This document shows positions 1-12,679 of a DNA stretch of 64,000 bases, piece by piece. Below the pieces are notes generated by a model. The model was not told the origin of the DNA. It saw nothing but the letters and a program-made list of their open reading frames with translations, and made no database searches. The stretch lies in assembly GCA_051362555.1 (NCBI GenBank), contig CM120645.1, forward strand, positions 4,836,001 to 4,900,000, given 5' to 3'. Positions within the stretch are counted from its first letter, which is position 1, and each line of letters opens with the position of its first letter. This DNA comes from Lingula anatina. Its lineage: Eukaryota; Animalia; Brachiopoda. The translations under genes were made by a program, and so were the position numbers.

Positions 1-670
1 GGTCAAGACGAAATAGCTGTGCTTTGTTTGGGATGATTCAGTTATGATTTGTGCAGTTTCCATGGTAACAGTAGAAATTGTGAAAGGTGAGAACTGCCCA
101 AGAACAAAGGGTGGTGGTTGAAGGTCAAATTATCATGTCTGAAAGGTGGAAGTGTTTTAGAAAACTCTAGCAGTGGTTTTCAAGGCAGAATTGAGACAAT
201 TTTGAACATTGGAGAAGGTACAATTTGGATAGTTTGGTTGCTGAACATTCAAGAGCTGCTTGGAGGTTTTGCCGAACATCATGTTACACCCACAAACTTG
301 TACTTTCTCCATTTCCTTGGATAGGATTGTACAATTACAACCATAATCATAGGAACATTCTGGAAACCCTGGACAGACTGTCCAGTTTGTAGGGATGTTT
401 GAAAAAACTGAAGTGACTTATGACTTATAAGGGTACACGGAAATATTGCCACATCAACTGCAGACTAGAAAAGAAATGTTTGGCAAAAAAAGTCTTCTAT
501 ATTTTAATGTTTAAAAACAGTTTACTTAAGATTAATCCATTGGTCATATTAATCCAAATATAACACTGGGTATTGGTGGCTACCTGACAAAATGAGTCAT
601 TATTTATTTTGATGAATTACAGTGACAAATGGACTGTCATTGAGTGGCACCTGCTGTTGCTGTCTGCTTA

Positions 671-927
671 GGCTTAGTTCACATGCAATGTCTATTTTCT
701 AATTTCTATTTTCTATTTGCGCTATCTTATGATCACGATCTGTGCCCTGAATATCCCGCCGCGTAATTACTGGCAGCGCGAGCCAGTTACTTATAGTAAC
801 TTATAGTAACTGGCTCGCGCTGCCAGTAATTACGCCGCGGGATATTCAGGCCACAGACCGTGATCATAAGACATACCGCAAATAGAAAATAGAATTTAGA
901 AAATAGACATTGCATGTGAACGAAGCC
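671..927. mobile_element. Palindromic MITE, PIF/Harbinger (Tourist-like)
   Basis: Near-perfect inverted repeat over the whole 257 bp (ggcttagttcacatgcaatgtc... / ...gacattgcatgtgaacgaagcc), with TTA on both sides (668-670, 928-930). Confidence 0.85.
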
Positions 928-3757
928 TTAATGTCAGGTGTTTTGGACACAATGATTACCTGTCAAGGACTTGTATGTAACAGAAAGTCCAACTGCTCTA
1001 ATATTTTTTACTGTAGTCTGTTCTCAGAGCAGCTGCTTCCTTTCGCTGATTGAAAAGGTTGGTGGCAATGTTCACCTGGAAATGTAGTGGACCATGGTCA
1101 TGATCAGAGTCGAGAATGGCAGACGACAGGTGGATGTTACATGGCTGTGAATAGCAGTGACTAAAAAGTATGGACTTTTCTTTTAGGGTTTTTTTGGGGG
1201 GAAAATTCATTTTTGTTTCAAGAAATTTGAAAATTGCAATTTTTTATGGCTTTTGTGGAGGATATGTGCAGAGGAAAAATATGGATAAAACTTATTTGGA
1301 AATTGTATATCAATCTGATGCATAGCTTTGTGATTGTCAGAACTGTTCTCTTTTCTCAGGTGAAGTGTTTTGATGTGAGTAAACAAAAGAGAGAGATAAA
1401 AGTTACCCAAGTGTAATGTAATCATGATAGTTGATGTCAAACGAGAAGGCGCGTGTGACGAGTGATCTCCTTAGGTTGACACACCTGACTGCTTCTTTTC
1501 TTCACCACATCTCACATTTACTGTTCTTGACTAATAAACTGTGGCTGAGCACACAGCTTCAGTGATAGACTGGCTGGGGCAAACATTTGTACTGTGTCTT
1601 TACCAATCTACATGATCAGAGAGAGATTTTTGTGACTTGCAAAGCACATAGGAGCTACTAGTAACTGCCTCTGGTTACATATTGCCTTATGCTTCTACTC
1701 TTTGGTAAAGGAGGAAGCACCCAACTCGGTGTTTGATTACACACAGTAGTTCATGGACTCTTTACTTGGGAGAAAGAAGAAGCACCTGTCCTAGTGTTTG
1801 ACTTTTCACACTGAGAAAAAGTCGGGCTCAGCAATGTTGTGATGTTTAACTTATTCTGAGGGGTCTGGAACAGAGTGATATTACAACACAAAGTTACCTG
1901 TGTCTGATTTTGTAACACACAGATACTAACTGGTTTAGGAAGCACATTCCATAGTCAAAATAGTTGGTCGAAGGCAACTCACCAGCAGTGTGATTTTCTG
2001 CCTTTCTTATTATCTGTGATGAGGAACATAATTGTGCAACTTCTCAGTTAATAGTTTATAACAGTGTTAGAGTGTGTGAATTAGATGAAGGGCTGACAAT
2101 GCACAAGTAATAGTGGGAGAGTGGAGGTAGACCACTACTTACTCTACTTACTGCCATGCTGTAGTTGTGCTATCAGGAACAACAAATCAAGGAATTTATT
2201 CTTTGGACAAACAGGATAAATTTTTTTAAAAGTAACAGACTGCTCTTGCATTTCCACCCAAATATAATTTATAAATGAAGAAATGTAGAGAGGATACCAT
2301 GATCTTTTTATCTGTGTTTATGTAATTTTTATAACACTTTGTGGAACTTTATGGGATTTTAGAATTTTAGAAGGGTTGCAGGCTCCTGGAAACAACAGGA
2401 TAAAGCACTTATTATAAGGGTCATTTTTCAGATGGCGTATAGGATCTAGTGAGGAGTCAGTGTGCACAGTACATATCTTTCACATTGTTGATTTAACACA
2501 GGAATGGTGCACCTGTATCAAAAAGAGGAATTTTTATTATTGTTGTTCGTGTCATCAGCGGTTTAGTGCATTACACGTGGAATGGGATACCCCCACTCAT
2601 TACGCCACTACTGGATAGAGACGGAGCAGTGTTAGTGACTCACGGTTCCTGTTGAGAAGGATTGTCTGTAATTTTTTCGGTTTGTGTAATGAAAATTGTA
2701 ACCACAACTTGACTGGAGGTTCCAGAGAAGAAGGTGGTGTTATCCCATGTTATTGTGGAACAGACATGATTTTTTAGATTAGATCTGAAAAATTTTTTAG
2801 ATTAGATCTGAATTTGGAGGTTTAGTCTCAAAAGTTCTTTGAACACAGCAGGATAGATTTTGAATGCGTACTCCAGGTAGAGATTTTGATCATATTGGAT
2901 TTGGATATCTTTTGAATTTCAACAACTACCTTTGAAGAACTTTTATGATCCTTGGTGATGGCTTAAGATATGGAAGCTATAAGACAACACACATTGGATC
3001 CAGTCAAATTATTTTAAGAGGAAAAGAATCTGCCATTCTTTGATTGGAGTACTGTAAAGGGACGTCATGATGATGAAGGCAATGGTCAACTCGTGGAGAC
3101 AGTCCTTATTGGATCTGGTCAGTATATATATGGTCATAGCTATGGTCAAACTATGGTCAAGTATTATACTCTTAGTCAGTTTTTATGCTCCATTTGTAAG
3201 AGAATCTAATATAACTTGAAACCATGGGCCATATCTTGAGTTTCAGTTAACCATATTTGGCAAGTTTAGATTTGAGTGAAAACTTGGTATAAGACAGGTT
3301 GATGTGTGGGCCTCTTGACAGGAGTGGGAACACTTTTTTTCTTTGACATGTGAAGAGTTGGTGTCAGTTGCTGAGCACCTGTGGCAATACGAGTGTCTTC
3401 ACACACTTAATTAAAAAAAAAAAAATGACAACTTCTTTAGAGATATTCCAGACAAGTTCTGTCAGACGTTTTCATTTAGGAACTCAGTAGCTAATACATG
3501 CACAAAATCTAGTTGTAAAAATTCAGTTTCACTTTTCATATGTTTTGTGTACTTCTGGGAATTGCCAAAATAAATATGAAATATGATTTCAATGTGTCTT
3601 TTGTAATGGTGATAAAAACTTAAGGCTCTTTGGGAAGGTTTAAATGTTATGCCTCAGGGAAAAAAACATATTTGGCATTGTTAGAAATGGTTTACTTTCT
3701 TTACAAACTAAAATATTATTTGCTTGCCTGTCTATATCAACTGGGGTATTTATTAAT

Positions 3758-3758
<1 letters not shown>

Positions 3759-3825
<67 letters not shown>
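3759..3825. repeat. (AAT)n microsatellite
   Basis: About 22 perfect units. Confidence 0.98.
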
Positions 3826-3914
3826 TTTATGATGTATTCAGATGTGGTAATAAGTCCCACCTTCTCTAAAATATTATTTGCCTATTTTCTGAGAGGACAG
3901 ATGTAGGCTACAAT

Positions 3915-3962
3915 ATGGATAAAAACAAATGCTTCTTTACAACTACATGGATTCCTCCTAAG
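3915..3962 (+). CDS. Candidate alternative first coding exon A (MDKNKCFFTTTWIPPK)
   Basis: aatATGg context, 16 open codons, strong donor AAG|gtaagg in phase 0 matching the 12614 acceptor. Confidence 0.4.
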
Positions 3963-4284
3963 GTAAGGTGTGTCTTCTTTCAGGGCAAGTATGTGTCAGG
4001 AATACAGTGTTCTATATTTACTGTGGAGTTATGTCATCACTGCAGGCATCTTATCTGCTGTCTATGATAACATAGGAACAAACTGATACAGGTGTATGAG
4101 TATAAAAGTGATACCTTTAAGCTCTGTTCACAAGACGATGTATATGTGGTGTCTTAAATCATGCTCCTGTTGTCTTTTTTTCCAAGAGAAAGATTTGATT
4201 GATTTCCTATGATTAGATGGTGTAATCAATGACATGCATTCTGTCTCTATAATGTTTACTAATATGGCCCATGTGAGTGCATTG

Positions 4285-4565
4285 AATTGAACCATTTTTG
4301 AGCCAGGCAAGAGATATGTGATTCAGGGCCAGGGAGGAACCTGAGGTATTTTTCCTGTCAAATTGAACCATTTTTAAAACCGTTCAGTTCAGTTCAGTTT
4401 ATTTTATTAAAGTTTCACCCATAAAGATAAAAAATAAAAACAATAAGAGTTAAAACAGTCATTACAACAAGGCAGTTCTTTTTAGTATAAAGAACTATGA
4501 GAGACTAAACCAGGCAAGATATATGTGTGATCGGGGCCAGTGTGGCACCTGAGGCATCTTCCCTG
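4285..4565. repeat. Diverged 76-bp direct duplication, second copy interrupted by an insertion
   Basis: aattgaaccattttt...ccaggcaaga.atatgtg...gggccag...acctgagg occurs at 4285-4357 and again at 4361-4381 plus 4512-4565. Confidence 0.75.
4382..4506 (-). mobile_element. 5'-truncated non-LTR retroposon 3' fragment
   Basis: The minus strand ends aataaaataaa(ctgaa)3c. It is flanked by aaacc direct repeats (4377-4381, 4507-4511) and interrupts the second copy of a 76-bp duplication. Confidence 0.55.
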
Positions 4566-4670
4566 AGGTCATGGACCTAGATCAGCATGCAGCTCTGGCA
4601 ACACTGCTTCTGGGCGTAAGATGGGAATATCTACACAGCTACTCATATTATGACTTTTCAGGCTATTCTA

Positions 4671-4878
4671 CAGGGTGCCCTACATAGGAAATAGCACTAT
4701 ATGGGACTATTTAATTCCACCTGAATCTTTCAAAATGTATCAACGTTTGTATCTCAGGTGATGGGAATCAAGTTGAAGGTGGGATTTTTTTATGTTTCTA
4801 ATAATAAAATGTTGTTCAAAATTTTAAATTTGAAAATAGCATTGTGCTTATACGTCCAGAGACTTAAGAGACACCCTG
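4671..4878. mobile_element. Possible Tc1/mariner-type MITE
   Basis: ta|CAGGGTG ... CACCCTG|ta termini with a TA target duplication; the TIR match is only about 7-9 bp. Confidence 0.4.
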
Positions 4879-7339
4879 TAGGTAGTTAAAACACAGTCCA
4901 TGTTGTTGTATGTAGGAGGAGACAAGAGGTATTTTTTATCAGTCTGGTTTTTTCATCTCTTCAGGAAGCAAGTACAGGATGTAGAGTATGATCTCAAAAC
5001 TTATTGTACATAAGAGATAAGGAAAAAAGACCTGATAATCTGATACCAAAATTAACTTTTACAGTCAAGAAGAAAAAGAGGGAGGCTTGAAAGCAGGATC
5101 TATAGTTCAGTGGCCTTGGCAATATTCTCATGCAGATATGATTATCTTTTTACACACCGTCTATTTACTGAGATGGGGCTTCAATACTGACGTGTTTGTT
5201 GAAGGAGATTGCGTCTTTGTGAAAAGAATGATTGTATGAACTGTATGCTCTGAATGTCTTTACTAGCTATACCTTCACCAGGATTCCATTGATTATAACT
5301 TAAGGTTGCAAACAGTGAAAGTAAATTTTGTCACTGAGAAAGTTTTTGTTGGAACTGCATTTATTGTAGAGCCATTATAAGAGAACTTGGCCATCTGAAT
5401 TTGGCAGTTTGAGGCTGGACTGTTTCATTTTGTCTGGCACTGGTTCACAGTGGTCAATATCAACTGGGTGGTCCTTGGGTTTTTGACCACTGTCACTGTA
5501 TTTCAGTTGAGGGTGGTCAGGAAAAAACTGGGATAGCAAAGAGCCAGTAGACACTTGTCTGGACAGACCACTACAAATTCAAAGGCCGTGACAGGAATAT
5601 TTTTGTCTGTTTCTTTTTTCCCCACACAATGAGAAATTGCTTGATTGTATAATGTGCTCAATCTAATGGCAGACAGAATTTGAGAAGATTTTCCGTCAGG
5701 AATGTGTGTTCTTGGATTTGGCATTTTACAGAGAGAAACTGGAGACTTCTTACAATTTTATTTGGCAAAATGTTCCAGAAAAAAAAGGCTGACTGGTTTG
5801 TGTCTCACATTCTGAAAAAAAAAAAAAAAAAAACTGTCAATTTGTTATGAAGCTGGTCAGCAGAAGAAATGTTGAATGATTCATGTGAAGATTCCTCTTC
5901 CAGTTCACAGGAGTGACAGAATTCTGAAGAAAACTTATCAGATTATCTACTTTACTTCAAGACATCTCATTTCTGAGAAACTTCAGCTTGAGTGAAATGT
6001 TGACAAGAGTGATCAGTCTTTTCAAGCACCTTGGGAAAGATTAGCAGTCATTTTCACCTTGAGTGAACTTCCCCTCCTTTCTCAGGAGAGCTCCATATCA
6101 CGTTTCTTGTCTCAATGATGGACAAGAAACATGTGGCATGAGCTTTCAAGGAAAATTGGCTATCTAGAATGACTTACCTACTGTATGAATTACCTTACTA
6201 GATTTTCTTTGTGTTTTAGTCAGTTTAGTGAAGAAGATTTTGTATTCCTGTTCAGATCATCGAGCATGAAATTGATTTTCATGGAAAATTGTCAATCGCC
6301 TCAAAGAAGCACACTTCCTGAGAAATGATGTTATCATTCTTGGATGGATTTCATTGATGTCTTCATCAACCTTTAAGGATAGAAAAGGTGTGCAAATCTA
6401 GCCAATTGATTCAATTTTTCTGAACCCCAATACCCAGATGATGCCAGTTTTCATAAGTATAATTTCTCAGTATTTTGTCTCTCCCAGGTGACTTAAAGAA
6501 CTTGATAGTGACTCATTTCTGAGATAAGAAACTGCCAACTATGTTGTGAGCAAGAAGCTGATTTTTACTCACTGATACTTATTGGCAAGCTAAAAGCAAT
6601 TATTCCACTCATTGCCCCCCCCCCCCCCCCCCCCACTTCCCAAGAGGAATTTTGCTCAGAGATTAACTATCAAGTGCCATTTGACTCATTGACCACTTTA
6701 AATTTAGGAGGAGGATAAATGCATTATAGTAATTATTGGAAGCCAGATATATTTAGTTCAGATTACTTTGAGCCGACAAGTATATTCTGTATGAAATTCT
6801 CAGTTGGATAACCCAGCCATATCCTGAGCATCGATCCGATACTTGACTGCTTCTGAGTGGGAATTCTCTTCATGGCTGAAATTATTTGGAAAAATCATTG
6901 CATTCTAAGTATGAGTTTTCCACTGGATAGTTAGATCCAGTGATGTTGAAATCAAGGCAGCATTGAGATACTTTTACTGGAGAGGTTTTATAGTGCCAGG
7001 AACCAGGATTGTGATATTGTGACAACCAACACATTTGTCTCAACTAACACATTTTCACCTTGTTTATCCTTGGTCAAGTCCTGCTGGGCTCTATGCTGGC
7101 CTAGGAAAGTGGAAAATCAATGAAGATATTGGTTATTCAAATTCAGGGGCACATTGAAGCTGATATGTTATTGGTAGACCTGCGTAATCCAATGTGAAAT
7201 TATTGGAAAACTGTTTAGTTATTTAAACTCACTCTATTCTCTCCACTGCTGTGTGTATGTGATGGTGTTAGACCTGGGAAGATTTCATTTCTGCAGCTAC
7301 AGGAACACAGCATTTTAGACTCCAGCTAGTGTTTTGAAA

Positions 7340-7360
7340 ATGAGGTTCTTGGTATTTGGG
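7340..7360 (+). CDS. Candidate alternative first coding exon B (MRFLVFG)
   Basis: aaaATG context, 7 codons, donor GGG|gtaagt in phase 0. Confidence 0.45.
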
Positions 7361-10300
7361 GTAAGTGGTTCTTGATAACCTCTCATGTTTATATTGTTAT
7401 AATAGCAGAGCTGTTTAGATTTTGTTGTTACTTTTGAGGTAGATACTTGGTGCATGGTGTTTGTGTAGAAATTAAAATAGAAAAATGACATTTTGCCAGT
7501 TGATCATAATTTGTTTCAAAATTATGAAATGGCTGAACATTGTGAGCTTTTTGTCTGAGATACTTACAAGATAGTCATAGTTAAGTGTAAATGTCTTAAT
7601 GTTTATTTATAGTTATCAAGCAGAAATAAGATGGCAAGTATAACTGTCACAAATATGTCAAACAGCTCATTTATGAGAGTTGCATAAACAAGACCCTGAA
7701 ACAAATTGTGATGTTTCCTTTTTAGAAGTGCATAATAATTAAGTCTTATGTCAGTGATCAAGCAGTATGTTTATATATATTAATTTTACATAATTTGTAT
7801 GTGTCATGTTTTAAGTTAGAAATGGATTCAAATGTTGTGAAATACATACAGCTCCAACTAAATTGTTAGGTCTTGTATATATATAGTGAGTCACATTTTG
7901 ATCCTAGCACCTAAAAACAAAGAATATTTTCACACTCCAATATTTTTCTTCAAAGGTGAAACAGGAAAAAAAATAGACTGAAATTGGCTTTACACTGACA
8001 TGGAATAATTCGTGACTGCAAGAAATGTTGGTAGGGAAATTGTTCACACAAAACAAATCAATTTCTTTTTGTCTGTTTTCATGAAATTTGATATTTGTCT
8101 CGTGGATGTGCGAAAAGATCAATTATTGTTGTCTACTCCTGATATTTAATGTATGTTATATGCTTGCTAGTCTCGTGACATTTTTTTTTTCTTCATTCCT
8201 TTTTTCTGTAATTTTCACATTGAAAGTTGTTTGGTATCATGCAAACATTGTCATCTGCTAAAACAGTCGGGTTATGTCACGATGTCTTCCATATGTTATT
8301 CCTAATGTCAATACTTTTTGTCGAGACTTCTTAGAGATATTTGATACATGTCATATGGAATGAAAGGACAGTGAAAGTGAACACAATACCAGCTTTCTTT
8401 GCAGGTGTCTTTTGTTTTCAATCTGACCCCTGTAACAGCTGTTTTCAGTGGTGGAGAGTAAACAAGGCTACCTAGCATCTGTTCAGCTGCTTAAGTCTTT
8501 TTTGTCATCCCTTTAAAAATCAAAGGAATGTTTTTGCTCGTTTGTCTGTAAAGTGTGTTAAAAGATATTGTTTAAATGTGAAAATTTTAATGGTAATTGA
8601 AAAGAAAAAATTGTATTGATGTTGTAGGTTTATAAATATATATTGCAGTCATGGCCTTTTGTCCTAAGTGGAATATATTATTTATAAAGGCTATATGGAA
8701 TTATGGTACTTCAGAAGTGGACTCTTATATTTAATTTACATATTTCATTTGGCTGCTTTTAAAAGTGTTTTCTCAAGTTGTTGTTATATGAAATCTCAGT
8801 GTAAATAATGAAGTAAAAATGAAAAAATTCGTGTTAAACTTCTATCTTTGATAATAGAGGCATTGTTAAAATGGGAAATATGCATTGCTGCTTCCCCTGG
8901 TAGGAAATGGAGCAATTCTAGAATTTAAAAAAAGATAATGAAAAAAGGAAAGAGGCACTTCCACTGCTTAACTGTACATTTCCAAGGTGTTTCATTTCAA
9001 AGCAAGGGAATCCACAGACACCTTAGAACATGCAAGAGCCCTAGAGAGACACTAATCTTATTATTTAGATCTACATTCCCGAGAAAGTTTCCTGGAGTGA
9101 TATGTACACTCCTTCTCAGCAGGTGGCTGCTGTTCCCAAGAGATTCTGTGGAGAGATCTTCTGTAAATTTCCTCTCTTCTTTGATATTTTGGATATTTTG
9201 ATATTGTTCACTTATACTTTTCAACCAATTTCTTTTCACATGAGCTCGGGTAAATGTAAGCTCATTGTAGGTATTGATAAATTTACAGGTGATAATTTGA
9301 TTGTCTGAAGGTGGGAAGGTTATTTCTTTCAAGCTTTCTTTTTCCAAACATATCTTTATTTTTGGCTGAAAATTTTAACAGAGGTATTTAATTAGTGCTA
9401 GTGTTATTTACTGAGAAAAATAGTCCAATTTCTTACAAAGTGCTTATAGTATTGCAATGTAAAGACTGGTCAATAATGTGTCAGTTAAGTTTGTGAAGGT
9501 CATTTAGACATGGTAAACTGTATTTGTTTTTATTATCCTTAATAATAACTTAAGTACAAGTATAGCTGGTTCATATTGCCTAAGTTTTATGATGGGAGGG
9601 GGTGGGGTTAATTGGTTCATAAATAGTGAAAACAAATTCCCATATCTCCCTGAATATGTTTCCACTGTGAGTCTTATATTACATTTACTGTCTATGAAGT
9701 GCTCTCCCAGACCAGTACATGCTGGGTAGATTAAGTTGTTGGTGTGGTACGGCACCCCAGGTCCTGCAGAGTGACGTCTGTGTTCAGGAGCTGATCCCTG
9801 CAGGTGGAGACAGGTGTAAACTCTGATGTCGTCTGCTGAGTAAATCATCAAATTTAACTTAAATTATCAGATGTTTTTTCGGAACTTCAAAGGTTTTGGT
9901 AACTCCTTGAAGGATAACACATTCAAAATGTGGAACATCTGTGAAGATGGCTGGATGTGGTCTGCGGTTATGGAATCTTAGCGATCAAACTCAGATTTCA
10001 TGTGTAATGATTAAATGTTATAAAGATTATCAAAACTACAGGTTGGATAAATGTTTTACTGTTTATTCAGGAGTACGAAGTGAATGGTCGGTCATTAGAT
10101 GTTGTCTTTAAAGGCTTACCAAAATTCTTTTAGGCTTACCAGTCCAAAGCTTGCTGAATCTGTAAAGATTGTGAGATATGTTCTCAAGTGTTTTCCACCT
10201 TGTTGAAAAAGTTGTGGAACTATATGCATGCAACTAAGTCTGTGAATTCTGTGGAAATATTATTTGATAAGGGTGGAATATTGACTGCAGCATTTGGTCA

Positions 10301-12613
10301 ATGGGAACAAATCAGTGGCACTTAAAGATTTTGAATGGGAGTTACCCAGTTTTGATATAATTATGTATCAAAACAAGGCTTGTGGGAAAGGAGAAGACAT
10401 TCTTTTTGGATAGATTCACAGGCCTTAGTGTTTTGTAACTGTAAATCCTTTTCAAGGATAGTTTTGTAAAATACACCATTTAAACAAAGATGTCAGAGAG
10501 TGCGGCTCACCGCTTATGAACCAGGTTGAGTATTGCTTTGAAGTATGGACTTGGAGGTGGTGAACTTGGAATTGCTTGTACTGACCTGGTGATCTTGGAA
10601 TTGCTTGTACTGATCATGACCAAAATGTTGTGAAGCCACATTGCAGTAGTTACTGACATAATGGAAGTATTTCCCTGCAGATATCCACAAAGCTTTGTAG
10701 TGGTTGATATATGGGTATAAGTCGAAAGTTAACACCCAATACAATGCAGTAGGCTAATTAGGCACAGTAGGCCCATTTTGCAGTTGATTAAGTCCAACTT
10801 GCTGACCTTAAATGGCAAAATAATGGTCGAAGATCAGAAGGTGAAAAGTTTGTGTTTATTTGGGTGAAATCCCTGCTGAAGATATTATACAGCAATACGG
10901 TGCTTGATTAAGTATGAGAAAGTGAAGCTAGGTTGCACTTTGTTAAATCCTCTATATTGGCCATTGAGCACCTCAACAAGTTTGGTCAAGGGATAAGAAA
11001 ATGAAAGGCAATCCCTGTTGTGTTCAAGATACACCAAACCAATATTGGACATAGTAAAATGAATTGTAGCAAGTTTGTATACTTTGTAAAACCCCCATTG
11101 TGTCCAGGCACCATCTTGATTTGACTTAATTTCTACAAAGGAGGCAATGAAAACAAATTAGGTAGATACAATACATGGTTGATTGGTCTAGATAAAGATG
11201 TGATCAAGTCTCGGAGGTGAAAAAGAAAATTTGTTGGAAGTTGAGATCTTTTCTCCACAAAGTGGTTGCACTTGTGATTTCACTCCATTAATTAAGTGGC
11301 CATTTGAAGATTCGATTTAGTGGAGGGATATTTTCTGTTTGATTTTCTACATGTGTGTATTTTATGGGCACAAAATAAGTACTTACTCTTCAATCATGTT
11401 TTATAAGGGAGAAAGGCGCACAAATATAAGCCATTGAATAATATATTTATCGGGCCTGGTTCTTCTTATTAATGTACTTATTTATAAATTAAAATGTTGT
11501 ACAGAAAGGATGTATTGTGACCGAAATTAATTTAAGGAAAAAAGTTCACGAGTTTACGTAAGCAATTTTGTATTCAATCCCATGATTATAGATCTTTATC
11601 ACAGAAAGGTGAATAAACAAACCTTAAAACATCACACAGAAACAAAGTCACTTTTGATGATCTTTTTGCATGATGCCAACAATTACAGTCCAGTGACAAG
11701 CATCAAAAACCATATGAGGGTCTCTGCTTATATATTTAGCATCAAGTGTGAATTGATTTATCTCATGTAAAGATTTTGACACTAAGTTTGGAGGTAGTGT
11801 TATCGCATTAAATACACAAAGATCAAGACAAATATAGAATCTGTTCGTGCCATGCTTGAGGGGTCACTTGGTACAAAACGACTTTGCACAGTAAGATGGC
11901 TCGTACTGTTTGTTTTCCCTCACTCATGCTTGTACACAGTATTTACTGGTTTAAATCTCAGGAAGTCCGGTAACATGGGAGTTTAACCAGATGACAGTAA
12001 TTTGCTATTGTTCTTTTGTGAATGATTATTGCTTGGAATTAATACCAATTTCCTGGAGTGAAAATGACTGGCCATTTCTTTGCACAATGCAAATCAATAT
12101 CTCAGATACCTAAGATTTGTAATTGACTAAATATGCACACGTCTGTGGGTCTTTATGTGTATATTGTTTCTTGTGTATGAAGAAAAATGAGGAATTATAA
12201 GTGCTGTGACATAACTCCACTCAGATCAATTTATATGAAAATAAATTATTTAACCAGGAAGAGAAAAACCATGTAAAAACTTTTTTATGACAAAACAGAA
12301 AAAAATCTTTGTTAGGGTATAGTAGTACCAGTGAAAGAGTATTCCAGGCAATCTGCTTGCTTGCGACTTATCTCTGGTTATATAATACTAATATAATATA
12401 ATACTATATAAAACTAATACTTTATTACTTCAATTTTCATTCCATTGCTCTTTCAGGTAACATTAGAGAAACACTGAAGCAAAGGTGATCAGGAAAAAAC
12501 ATTTCCAAGTTGTTTTATGTCCCAAAGCTTGCCAAAAAGATGAAGTATCTCATATTTCATTAAAACATAGGCTTGCTTCCTGTTATTTAATTGTGCTCTT
12601 CTTGTCATTGCAG

Positions 12614-12679
12614 ATGGCCGAGGGGCGGAAGGCGCAGGTGGTCCTACTGGACGAGAGAAGACTGGACATGATGGTACAG
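12614..12679 (+). CDS. FRMD4A: FRMD4 exon 1 of common CDS (MAEGRKAQVVLLDERRLDMMVQ), FERM F1 start
   Basis: Acceptor tcattgcag lies immediately before the ATG; donor CAG|gtatgt; 66 nt, phase 0. Confidence 0.93.

Noticed and set aside
10559-10617. 29-bp two-copy tandem; similar 23-bp pair at 2769-2812
   Set aside because: Ordinary slippage duplications with no functional context.
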